From Laetmonice hystrix (Eukaryota), in the NCBI GenBank assembly GCA_965235115.1, contig OZ249436.1, forward strand, positions 14,632,001-14,696,000: a stretch of 64,000 nucleotides of DNA, in the 5' to 3' direction. Of this stretch, positions 53,201 through 64,000 are shown in pieces. Position numbers and translations under genes: made by a program. Within the stretch, counting starts at the first letter, position 1. Every line of letters starts with the position of its first letter. The notes under the pieces are model-generated. The model searched no databases. It had not been told where the DNA came from and was given only the letters and a program-made list of their open reading frames with translations.

Positions 53201-56200
53201 GTGGCCAGCGAGGACCGACTGTTGAATTTCACCCGTCCACCGTCCCCACCGACGATCGTAAATAAATGTACCTGACAGCCAGATGGTAGTGTTCCAGGCG
53301 GCCATAAAGCCTCTCTACATTGAAAACAAACATGGAGACCTACCTATTAATTACCTCTCGCAAAGAAAGCAACAAGAAATACAGATATATTCCAGGATTT
53401 CTGAGGAAGTTTTCAGGACACTCACTTCAAATGCGCAGCGTTTGATAGATCACAGAATAGATCAGCAAGACCAGGTATTGGGCAATGGCCGGGTACGGCC
53501 CAGTATTATCCAACTACCGATGGAGAAGACTGACTGGCCAGTATAATACCCTGAAGCGACCAGCAAGGCTGATTATGTAGCCTTAACATTCACCTGTCAG
53601 CAAGACAGGATCAGGGTCTGGACCTGCTCCTGGCGCCACTTAGTTACTGCCCCTCAGTCTGCTGACTGAGTGCTCATCGTAAATAAATAATGCAGCCTGG
53701 GTGAATCTAGTATGAGATACAAGGTCCGTATAACATTGAGGTTCTACATTCATCTCATGTCCCCTCCATCTGGACCTATCCAACCGGACACCGTAATCTG
53801 ATTTTTAAGGACAACAAATTATTATATATTTAACAATTTTAAATTTAATGTCCAGCGCATAAAGTAGTATCGGCTTTCTGTCATGAACTGAATGTGCCGT
53901 TTGCCGAGGGTTTTTCTCGATCTAGAGATACTGAACCGACTTTTTCTAGTTATGGCGTGGCCTTCAGTACCAGATTCCAAACAGATAACTTCTTCTCTTT
54001 CGTTTTCTCGTTCCTAGAAGACATCGTTGTATTAAAGCCATATAATAGTGTAGAATGTAGGAAAATCTTATATTATATTGCTTCATGCATGTTACCAAAG
54101 ATGTGTACAGACATTTGCAATGTCCAACAGGGACAATACCTGCGTGTTACCTGCAGTACAACCGAACACCGCGATCAATAGAAAGTAGAACTTGCCGTAA
54201 TTCCACTGCCATTGGAAGGAAATTCCCTGAGGCGACTTTCTACGCAGTTCTTGATGGCGCAGCCAAACAAGCGTCCAGCGAGCCATATACTGATATAGCG
54301 ATCACCCAACAGAAGTAGATCTAACTCGTATTTTATGTTACAACGAAACGCATCTGTCGTATTCACATTATGTAGACAGGAGGGGGACGAGTGGGCCTCA
54401 AAGGGTGATCTTTTATGCTGTTGACAATCCAGCATGAGTGGGTTTCACCGTTTGCAATCTCCCGTTGGACCTGGGCCCCAACGTTAGCTGTGGAGGCACT
54501 GAAGCACCGAAGCAACACCAGCTTTGCAGCTGCTCGAAAGCCAAGAACTTCCCGTACATGCATCCTGCGATCAAAAGCGGCTACGATATTAAACTCGGCG
54601 TTTCGATCTATTCTGAACCCGAGCGAACTTCTTACTTTTCTTCACTGATTCAGATGCACATGGACGCGGCATGTTTAGTTTGTTGGGAAAGCCCTCCCTG
54701 TCCATGTGCACCCTGATCGAGAGTGCCTGGCTCGAAGAGAAGCTGTGTATGACGTCACATTACAACACCCTACTGAAAACGCAACACGCGTTTTTCACAG
54801 CCGATCATGGGGCGCGGGTTTGCTCACCAAATTTCACAAGAATCACGAATAAATAGGTGGCTTTGGGGGTAAATCTAGTACAGGTTTTTGCGCAGTTAGG
54901 ATAAGACAGAACCACTGTGATACTGGAAAAAATTCGGGATTAGAATATCACTTTAAAGATTCAGTGTCTGCTGGCTGAAAACTCGCAAGTCAAACTGAGT
55001 GATGAGATAACTAGTAAACGACGGGTGTATACAACGGCCTTGGTGTGCAGTGTCTCGTCTCAGTCCCCTATAGAGAACATTAAGACGGTATTTGACACGG
55101 CGGACCGCCGCAGACCCCAGTGTCGGCTCAACAGTCATTCACTGAGACAATGGTGATACACTACACTTTAAACGGCTGTCTATGGGAACAACGGCGCATT
55201 CCAATGGCGCGCCCCGGCCGGCCGAGCCGTCAGACGGCTACCCCGGATACTGTAGTTAGTGGAGACGTCGGCCAAGTCATGTCAACCTCCTCCAGATATG
55301 TCAACACACTTCACCATCCCAGGTTCTTAACCCCGTAAGGTCATCAGGACGGCAGTTGGCATCTTAAAGAAGCCTTGGAGACTAGCCAGTCTACCCAGTC
55401 CTGACAAGGTGATCAATATTCGACATCCACATATGACAGAGGAAAGGAGGCTTGATTTAATCCTCTCCAGAAGAGAACAGCTTGCCTGATCAATACAACG
55501 CCCCTCTCCTCGCTGCCCCTTACCCTGCCCTTCACTTACTTGTCCCATTCTTACGGGCCACACACCACAGTCTTTACGGTTACCTTACAACAGGCAACGT
55601 CAGCTTTCATCCCACCACACCCTTCACGTATCACATCCCCTGCAATCTAGGGGAAATTCTGCAAACTGAAAACCGCTCCAATCAGTGGCAGTTAATGAGA
55701 AATCACATAAACACTGTGAGAACTGCTGAGGTAATGTCACTGCAAACTCGGCGCTTATTTCCGCAATTCACCAAGGCGAGATCAGGCATTTCCGCCGCCT
55801 TGTTGCCGGCATACACTATAGATTTAAGTCAAATATTGACTCTATGGTGCCAGTAGGAAAACACCATGAAGTTAGCCTAACTGCTCACATTTCTGTCTCC
55901 AGCAGTGAGTCTGGCCCACTCACTTCAAGTGTTTGGCTTACACATTATATACTAGACACACACATGCATTTTACAAACGAGAAGGTGGACCATTTTTCTT
56001 CATAGTATATCGGAAAAGTGGCCGAAGTGAAAAATCCTCGTCGGCCAGTTTCCATTCCGTCTGTGATACTCGGTTTGCCCTTTACACCTGACCCAAACGC
56101 ATAATCTGGGTGTGATCATCACGTCCATCCTACCAGTCTGGCTTCTACAACTGCAATGGGGGTTGTTTGCAATGCCACAGTCAACATTTCTGAACGACTG

Positions 56201-58317
56201 TTTTTCTCACCATGAATTTTCCTGGTGTCAAAGTGCACCACATGGGTTTATTTTAAAGGTCAAAGCTTTATCGTCAGAGAAGGTGACTCAATACTGAATT
56301 CAAGACATGTCCCCTCACCATTCAAAGACTCCCAGGATACAGTTACTTTCGACCGGCAAGGACTATAATGGAGACGTTAGAAGGCCATGTTGGCTACCTG
56401 TCAGTTTGCCAGATGACCTAGTTTGGGCGGATACAGAACCTGCTTGAGAAAGAGGGCCATCAAGTCGGGGCCGCCCAGTGGGGTCACTGACAGCAGCAGT
56501 AGCAGATGCGGCGGTAGCAGCAGCAGCCGCAGCAGTAGTAGCAGCAGACAAGGCCCTATGTGGGGCACTTGTGTCAACAGATTCCCTGATAGCGATACAG
56601 CATTCCCTGATAGCATTCCACCGATTGCAGGCACTCAGGGTAAATACGCTTATCTTAAACTGGCTACCAACAGTGGACTGGCCTGTGGTGGGTGCCCGGC
56701 GGGTGGGCAGCGCCGTGTTACAAAGCATGCCACTCAGGACGGTATGAACGCCATGATGGATGAAGATGATATGACAGACGAATGTAAAAAAACATCTTTT
56801 AGGGTGACACCAAGAAGGGAAATCATTGATAAATCATACTTTATGACACCATCACAACCCTGTATTTTTCAGTGATGCACTCGGTTATCTAGATATGGCT
56901 GCCATCAATAAAAGCATTCCAACAATCGTTATAAAAAGAGAACAGAAAGACTTCACCTACCTGAACGTCATCTGGTATCATACGTATTCCCTGACGGCCA
57001 ACGAACACATCGTCGATATCAATTTGTACGTATCGGTCCAGTGGCACACTGAACTTTCCATGTGATAGGTAAGACAACGCATCCACAAACAGCAGGCCGT
57101 GCAGCCAGAACTTAAACCCATTACCAAAGAAAACTCGCTGTATACCATCAAACAATCCTAAATCTTGCATAACGGTCACATATCTGACTTCATCTACACT
57201 ATTGGAGAGGCTGACGACCTCCGCCGACTGGGTCCGAGCATACGCCATGGGTTCATATGTTGTGTGATTGGGTACGAACACGGTCCAATCGTCTCCTGGC
57301 AGGTAACCATGCAACATTTCCCCGGCCCTAGTCACTCGCAGGATGTCCGACCTCGGGTTGATTTCGTAATCCTTGAGAGCCAGATTCGTGTGCATACACA
57401 TGGGGAAGCCCTTCACCTGCGAGTTGATCAACGGGTCCTCAGTGGGACTAGTAAACGTTATAATGCCTACATGGTACTCCCGACAGTACTTGTCCAAAAG
57501 CTGTCTATTCCACTGGTCCATGTGTAAATAAGAATGAAGATTCTCAAAAATGATCACACCAAACTTGCCTTTGTCCATTCGAGTCAAGTATGGCAAGCTT
57601 TTACCGGCAAGTTCCACTTTGAACTTGATACGGTTTGCCTCCAACATGGAGACGATTTCCACTCCCCTTTTAGAGTACTGAGTCTCTACAAGCACCAATA
57701 CCTTGTTGTCGATTCGGAGCCGCGCGCTCGACCTGTGGTCCCGGGGCTCGGCAATGACAGGGGGTTCTGACTGGGAATTCACCCGACATTTGATGGTCGG
57801 CTGGGGAGGAGTCCGGTTCACCGTATGGAAGTGAAAGTTAGACACGTAATACGACAGAGACAGAAGAGATATGACACTGAAGATGAGAGCGACGATGATG
57901 CCTTTGGTGATGGTAGGCTGTTTGACAAAGAACATCTTTAAGATGGGAGAGCCTGGCTTTGTGGCCGTCATCTTCCCACAGGAACCCTCCTCTAGCGTCT
58001 GTATACAAAGGTGACAATTACTATCATTAATACGGGTCCGATCCGCTAGGGCGCATCAACTGAAATATTTCTTAATCAGCCATGTTCCATTGTTCATGTA
58101 AATCCCTTAATGATGTCTTGAAACCGATCCACTGATTTGTAGAGTACGGCACTCACGTAATAATACTTGGTCCACCGTGAAGTCATAATTCTGCCTGGGT
58201 GTAGCCTGAACTAAACATAGCGGTCCCAAGTTACTGGTCAACGACCTCTGCTGACGACACCGAGGAGAAGGGAAAACTCACTTTATAAGATTCCCTGGCG
58301 GGTTGGCGTGTTGCCAT
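26138..58317 (-). CDS. NDST: Bifunctional heparan sulfate N-deacetylase/N-sulfotransferase, 12 coding exons, ~903 aa (882 aa from the second ATG at 57971)
   Basis: Exons: 58282-58317, 56961-57998, 41033-41159, 38380-38495, 29295-29480, 28467-28778, 28154-28250, 27684-27807, 27256-27427, 26959-27129, 26545-26654, 26138-26360, all GT-AG and in frame. Features: type II TM segment [20 protein letters not shown]; deacetylase motifs [38 protein letters not shown]; sulfotransferase motifs IGPQKTGTTALY (5'-PSB), [21 protein letters not shown] (3'-PB), CLGRNKGR. Confidence 0.95.
29545..29830. repeat. Compound G-rich minisatellite (26/37/38-bp units decaying into GGGCAGGGGGAA 12-mers)
   Basis: About 7 copies of TAATCGTAGGCGTCCCAGGGCAGG(GGGAAGGGCAGG)TC, followed by repeated (A/G)GGCAGGGGGAA. 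Confidence 0.9.
30761..33546. repeat. 2.8-kb 55-bp minisatellite (about 51 monomers) with higher-order repeats, in an NDST intron
   Basis: Consensus TGTGCGCCCTGTCCCACATCATGACGGCTGGGACGACAGCCCGTCAGGGAGACAA. A shortened variant monomer marked by ATGATGCAT recurs at 31333, 32092, 32741 and 33500. Confidence 0.97.
48329..49166. mobile_element. 838-bp non-autonomous TIR element with internal duplication, in a large NDST intron
   Basis: 18-bp TIR AAGCCTCAGTCACACCGG / CCGGTGTGACTGGGGCTT (17/18). The interior is rich in CGATC/TACGA/CGACC sub-repeats. The right end is duplicated (about 48860-48997 vs 49025-49166). No transposase ORF. Confidence 0.75.
49417..49656. mobile_element. Short MITE with GGCGGATCCA termini
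   Basis: GGCGGATCCA (49417-49426) and TGGATCCGCC (49647-49656), with internal G and C runs. TSD not evident. Confidence 0.5.
50394..50777. repeat. 48-bp minisatellite, 8 copies
   Basis: CCGGGGGGTAGGGTGCCATCAGCCCGTCGGTGTC(G/C)TACGTGTGGCAGT repeated 8 times; 384 bp = 8 x 48. Confidence 0.96.
52405..52466. repeat. 31-bp perfect tandem duplication
   Basis: CCGGTGACGCCAATATCTTTAGAAATCTCAG occurs twice in tandem. Confidence 0.93.
53023..53148. repeat. 20-23-bp minisatellite, about 5.5 copies
   Basis: GAAGGTCAGGTGTGTCGGCTTGA repeats, degenerating at the 3' end. Confidence 0.88.
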
Positions 58318-58772
58318 GGTGGCACGGTGCTTTCAGCTGGCCAGTAACAAGCTTTGACCTTTTTCTCCTGCCTGTTCCAATTCAGGTGAGCACTTCACCA
58401 ATCGGCCATCTACTCCACGGTTTCATCAACCTGTCCACACCGATTTCAGCCAGCCCGATGGTCGCTCATAGGCTGAAAGTTCATAAGCTGCAGACACCTT
58501 GATGGAGGCTCGACACAACCTCTGTCTGTAGGAAGACTTCCGGAACTCTCCGGGGTCAATGCTTCAGTTGTCCAAGGTACACTGCGAGAAGATGGAAGGA
58601 GTGGATAAACTGGAGATTCTAAATCACTTGAGTGAATGTAGTCATCCCAACTACACGGTCAATGGGTACGCATCTCTGGGTGAAGGTTACTTGGAGACTG
58701 GTTTCTCAACTCGACGACCCAGTCAGCTTGGTGTCGTTCACTCCTCAATAATGGGTTCCTTCTTCCGCCACT
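58282..58772 (-). promoter_or_regulatory. NDST leader exon with five uORFs and the Kozak-perfect start codon
   Basis: Acceptor TTTTTGTATGTTACAG at 58773 and donor AAA/GTGAGT at 58281. GCCACCATGG has its ATG at 58315-58317, with an in-frame TGA 15 nt upstream. Six upstream ATGs are present. Confidence 0.7.
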
Positions 58773-60879
58773 CTGTAACATACAAAAACATAGATAGAGT
58801 CTACGCGGAAAGTTAGGCTAAATGTATTTTTCAATGTGTTTTCAGTGATACGAATGACAGACGACGCAAACACAGTTTTTTTGTTAGATGTTTAATATTT
58901 GATTATTCCAATAACAAATGTCGACCATTCCAGTCCGAGGTCACCCCATGTAATTTATATTTCTATGCCACTGGGAGATAAAATGTCACGCTGGTATACT
59001 GAAAGACCTCGGGGGACAATGTTTATATTGTACATTCGGATGTAGACCACGGTATTATCTGTTTAATGCATGGCTACATTGGGTAAATCAACTGATGCAG
59101 TATATGTCGAACAATGTCATGTTGACACGTGCTCTGGGGGCAATTCCAATAATGAGTAACGCAGGATATTGCTCAGCATGTAAATGTTTGTGAAACGGCT
59201 ACCTGATCACCAAATATCGTAATTGAAATCCTGTGACCTTTAACAACCGAGCTCTACTTGTAGGCCCAGCCACGATTACCTGCATATTCTACATAATTGA
59301 CCATTCTACCATTTCGCATACAGCATAACCAGGTATCCTACCAAAACTAATTACTTAGCTTCTATTTTACCGTGAACATATGAAACATTTCATTTCAGAA
59401 CATTTTCTAAATCAGCAAGAACGCCATTTACGCATTTCTTTCGTTTCTCCTAATTGCAACATGAAGATTTGCTGGTTTTATCCTAATTGCAAGGGCCTCT
59501 GAGAAGAACCTCAGGATGTAGAAACCTCAGAAAGCAGGTTACTTTCTATGGCAGGACGGCGCGAGCCAAGTTCCAGTGGGCGACCTGGCCAATTATAGCC
59601 ACTACAAAAACAGAAAATGTACTGCCAGGGGCAAAACCTTATCCAGTAATAGCTATAAACACAGCATCCAGTTATATTAGAACATGTCTGCGGGAGTAAC
59701 CCTACACTTGTAGCTCAAATAAGCTTCACAATGCAGATTCCATTCATTCTTCAAGAAATGGATTTAAAAACTGAAGGGGGGATTCGTCTCCTTTTTTGAT
59801 GAATCTTTTTCTCAAAACGGGTGTAAACCCCCCGTATACTGTTGAAAAATCCAGTGGCATATTTAGAAAATCGCAAGAGGGGCCTTCAGGCCAGAAATCT
59901 GAAGGGGGCATGATCTATAATGGTGGACATCAGTTGCAAAGATGGGGGGGGGGTAAAGATTTACAATGAAAGTTGCATAGAATTTAGGACAAAAATAGCA
60001 ACTACACGTTAATGGTAGGCCCCCTAAAATATACGCTAATGGGCAACCTTCCCATATTTTGACGGTCAACTGAGGGTCGCTATACATTGTTTGGCTAACT
60101 TTTAAACTTTCCCGCTAAACCGACGAGAAATTATGTCAAATGTTTATGTTAAAAGCTTATACCAAACTCCCTCTCCCTCTAAAAAAAAGTTTGAAGTGCT
60201 CATCTCTGTTCTCCACAAATAAAAACTAATATGTCCAAAGGTTTTGCGAGTCCTGCTTGACTGTCATTATCAGCAAGCTGTTTTAAAGCCTCTTCCCGTC
60301 TTTTTAACACCATACCAAATTGCAAAGACCTCCTGAACAAAGAAGTGCTCTGTTGCGAGATAAGTACCTGGGATGAACGCCTTACAGACATAGTTTTACA
60401 TGTACCTTCCAGTTTTTAGTTATTTAAGAGAAACTGCGTCAGTTGATAGCTTCTCCAAGTTCCGTTTGTTAATTTGTCCGTTCGGAGGGTATGTTCTCTA
60501 CAGTAGTTTCCTGCGCACACACAGAATGGCCCGGCGCTCTCAGTTGTACATTTACACCCGCCACAGGGGAGCCACAGGGTAGTGTGAGGTAGAGACTGAA
60601 GACCGTGCCTGTAAGCTGGCTATGTTGACATACCATGGTCCATGGGCTAAACTGTCTACGGCTAGACCTGACTTCACCACTTGGCGACCTGGCTTACTTT
60701 CGACAGCATTTTCTACCATCGTGATCAAGTCCATCCACATGGCACTTGCACCGAATCAGGGTCAGCAATTGTGTAGTAGCGCAGTCGCATAGGGGCGAGG
60801 GCTAGCACAACAAGCCCTGCTGCCTACACGGCCTCAGGCACGTTATCAGTAAAACGGGGTACTTTCCCCCTACGCTTAC

Positions 60880-61140
60880 CCTCTCTGGGTCCAATCCGTG
60901 GTCGGCTGGTCCCTAAATCAACTGTTCTGTCCCTACCTTGGTTGTAGTGATCCACTTGACAGTGGTGAGAGCGTGGCGTCAGTACCTTCGGACTTGGCAC
61001 ATTTGGTGATGTTAAACCCTCCCAGTGACTCGCCGCCGCTGCTTCAGCCTCGGGCCACAAACAGTAACCGACTGCACGAAGGCGGCGGGCGGGCAGGCAG
61101 GCAGGCCGAGTCGTGGCTGCAGCGCGCCCAATCAGCATCA
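60880..61140 (-). promoter_or_regulatory. Candidate NDST first exon or promoter (GC/CpG-rich)
   Basis: Local GC-rich tract with GGCGGCGGGCGGGCAGG and CCAAT. Minus-strand donor-like sites G/GTAAGC (60879) and CAAG/GTAGGG (about 60936). No transcript support. Confidence 0.3.
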
Positions 61141-64000
61141 AGACATTCCCCTCACACACAATCACACACACACACTACCGGCGTGTGAGTGCGCCAATCC
61201 GGCCGGGGTAGCCGTGAAAATCAGGGGTGTAGCGAGACACACTCACAAGGCGCTGCCCCCCACGATGTTACTAAACGCCAGGCGATGACCCAAGTAAAAT
61301 GATTTCATGATGCCTTCAATTCAATGATCCAGTTTGTTTCCAACTTTTCCCTTTAAGACATACAACTGTATCTATATGCCGTGGTCCACTTACAGCTTCA
61401 TCGTGCTGTCTGACCCAGACCAGAAAAAAATCAATGTACCATGTAATTCACATATGTAGCACACTGACACAACTTCAGTTTGTAATCTTTTTATGTGTAC
61501 TATGGAACATCTTTCTTTGTGAGGTGGGGTGTGTGTGAATAATTGGCAGAGTTATGATAATGGGTCAGTGGGTGGAGGGATGACCTGGATCGTGAAGTAC
61601 CCACCACTAGGATGAACTATGATGAACCCTCATACCCCGGCTGCCAGTCAGTCGTGGCGAGATAATGGTCCCAGTCTGTGAGCCATTACCACACAGGTGT
61701 ATTGTTGGGCGTCCTTTATGTCCAAATCATTAACAGCTACTCCACAGCCAGATGAACCGCGCCTAGCCTTATCACTTAAGGAAACACAATTCTTTAAGGG
61801 TAATATCTTTCCCCAATTCCCTTCCTTTCCAACAAGTACTGTGGAGGCTGCAACCATTCTATATAACCATCATGAGTTTGTATGAATGGATACCGGTACT
61901 ATACAGAAACACGAGTGCACTAGTCAGTGCTGGTGTTCTATACCATGTACATGCAGAGGCAGTCAGTGCCCTAAATTTGAGCCGATATCTCTTTTCATCT
62001 AATATATTTTCCCGACCTTACCCCACTTGAACCCATCCTCTTAACTTCCCTGAATCCTGCATCTGCCCTTGTCCAAAATCAATTCCATTTGCAATCTTCC
62101 ATTTTATTTAGGTTTCTCACTAATGACCTTGCTTTACACCCCAGCATTCCACAAAACCACACCCATACCACATCCTTCTTATCATTGGCTTTATGCGGAC
62201 CACAATGTATTATGTATGGGAGGCTGGTGACGGCGAACCATCCAAGTCATGTAGAAAGATCTGAAGTACTTCGTGCCACTTATTTTCTCGATGTTTCACA
62301 GAGCTCTGGCTCTATCCCAGCACATGTTGTTTCACATGCCATCACTATCCATTCAAAGGTCCCCAGGTCGTGTTTTAAGTGCCGATATTAAAGTGGACCT
62401 TTTCCCACTAGGTGTAACCCTTAAAGGTCTACATGTTGCTACCCCATGGCCCTCCGTCCTTGTGGCGCACAACCTTCAGACTGAGGGCCCCTCACCTCAC
62501 ACGTCTTGGTCAGAATCCGATAAATGTTACATAAGGGATTCAACAATGGATACGGACGGATTCTGGATTAAATAAGACGGACACAATTGGTTCAGGAGGG
62601 ATCGTCAAGGCGAGGAACTGTATAAAAAAAATGGGTGGAACCACAGGAATGTGTCAGACTCCTGTGGTGGAACCTAGCAAGTGGGACACGTGACCCCCAA
62701 TGTGTCCTTGACCTCACCCCTTGATGACCTACATCCGTGCTCTATCAGGAAGTCTTTGGCCAAAACAATTGCTAGTAACTCTATAGAGCAAACTTGCACA
62801 TTTTAATGGTACAACTGTGTAAAATATCAAAAGATTTAACTTTTCGGGTATATACAACGGAGTCATACATTTTTCAGGGACTGAATGTCATTCCATTCTG
62901 ATTGAAATGTTATAATATTTTTGTAGGAGGTGGAAATAGCGATTAAAAATCTCACTAAGCATTGCGATGCTGGCTTTATAACAGTCTCTACTTAGCTGAG
63001 AAATGGATACCTACTGTACCATCTAATGATAACCCAGTAAGGTTTCCTACAACTTCTACGTCTTATTCTCTCTTTCACAAGAGCATAAGAACCTAGACGA
63101 TCCACTCGGAATTCCGGCGTGGTTTCAGTATAATAAAGCTGCTGCAGGGACCTGCCTGCTGCTCTACACTAACGGCTACCGGAGAGTAACATGGAGGCCC
63201 GGCCGTGATATACAGGAGCGCGGTATACAGGACGGATATCATTATATGTAAGAAGAGACCGACTGCAGTGGCCAGCAGAAAGATGATCGGGTCGCCTGGA
63301 CCACCTGCGGGTTCCACGACCTCCGCGAAGGCGGGTGGTCGTCGGTTGGGGAGGGGGGGGGGTGATTAATGTTCCCGCACCCTACGATCAGAAACACTGT
63401 CCACACGGCGTTCACACCTTCCCAATGCTTCAAGTCGCCTTCTTAGGTGGGGTTCACACTGCTCGTCCGGTGCAAAATCGTCCGGCATATCTGATATGAT
63501 CTTACGGCTGCTCGCGTTCATATTGAGCATATTACCCGCACTTAAGTCCATAAGTCCATACCCACCAGAGCGTGTCGAGAAGCCAATCACCCCAGTCACT
63601 AGGTGGTGTCGCAGACGGTCAAGCTTTTAACAAAAACTGGGTAAAGTCAACTTTATATACCAGTAGACATCAAGTAGTGAGACCTGGCCAAAGATTTGGT
63701 TTTTCATAGCGTGGACAGATTTTCAGGGCGGCATCAATGTAACAGCGCCCCTGGTGCACTATGGTGCACTATGTCGGCAAACGAGCGTTCAGATTGAAGT
63801 TACCCGACGTAAGTAGTCTACCGACATAGCTATGCCCCCATTTACCCGACGGAACTCGGGGGCTTACGCGACGCAAGTTATGTCGGATGATTGCGTTCAT
63901 ATACAGGTGGCCACCCGAAACAGCGGGTAGGCGTCGGAACAAGCCTCCAATGTGAACGCGGCCTGAGTCGCCCACACCGGTCGAGTCTTGCTCTCCGATC

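Noticed and set aside
56363-56875. Overlapping Ser-rich and Ala-rich ORFs
   Set aside because: They arise from a degenerate CAG/TAG microsatellite in the NDST intron and show no homology or exon context.
63093-63975. GC-rich ORFs of 63-77 aa near the window end
   Set aside because: No recognisable protein and no convincing splice pair. This may be regulatory or UTR sequence but cannot be supported.
1-64000. tRNA, rRNA, snRNA, CRISPR arrays and prokaryotic operons
   Set aside because: No tRNA boxes or snRNA/rRNA signatures were recognised by eye. The tandem arrays lack unique spacers and there are no cas genes; the context is eukaryotic.

Overview
This is eukaryotic, intron-rich animal genomic DNA, most likely from a marine invertebrate bilaterian; the species cannot be determined from the sequence. 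I reconstructed three multi-exon genes by hand from GT-AG boundaries and frame continuity. PARN (poly(A)-specific ribonuclease) is on the minus strand, 391-10790, 21 coding exons, about 624 aa. BFAR (RING-SAM-TM bifunctional apoptosis regulator) is on the plus strand, 12931-17337, 7 coding exons, about 453 aa, and lies head-to-head with PARN as it does in human. NDST (heparan sulfate N-deacetylase/N-sulfotransferase) is on the minus strand, 26138-58317, 12 coding exons, about 903 aa. Most entries in the supplied ORF track are exon fragments or repeat artefacts. The most notable observations are: (1) a complete type I hammerhead ribozyme core in PARN-sense orientation inside a 418-bp fold-back insertion in PARN intron 7, whose inverted copy has lost exactly the ribozyme; (2) the last ~22 NDST codons plus the stop codon tandemly amplified six times into the 3' UTR; (3) an upstream Kozak-perfect NDST start behind five uORFs; (4) an inferred PARN/BFAR bidirectional promoter of under 155 bp; (5) a 2.8-kb hairpin-forming 55-bp minisatellite with higher-order structure; (6) hAT-like MITEs with 5- and 6-bp target duplications. 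No database searches were run; comparisons to human genes are from recalled knowledge and need alignment checks.
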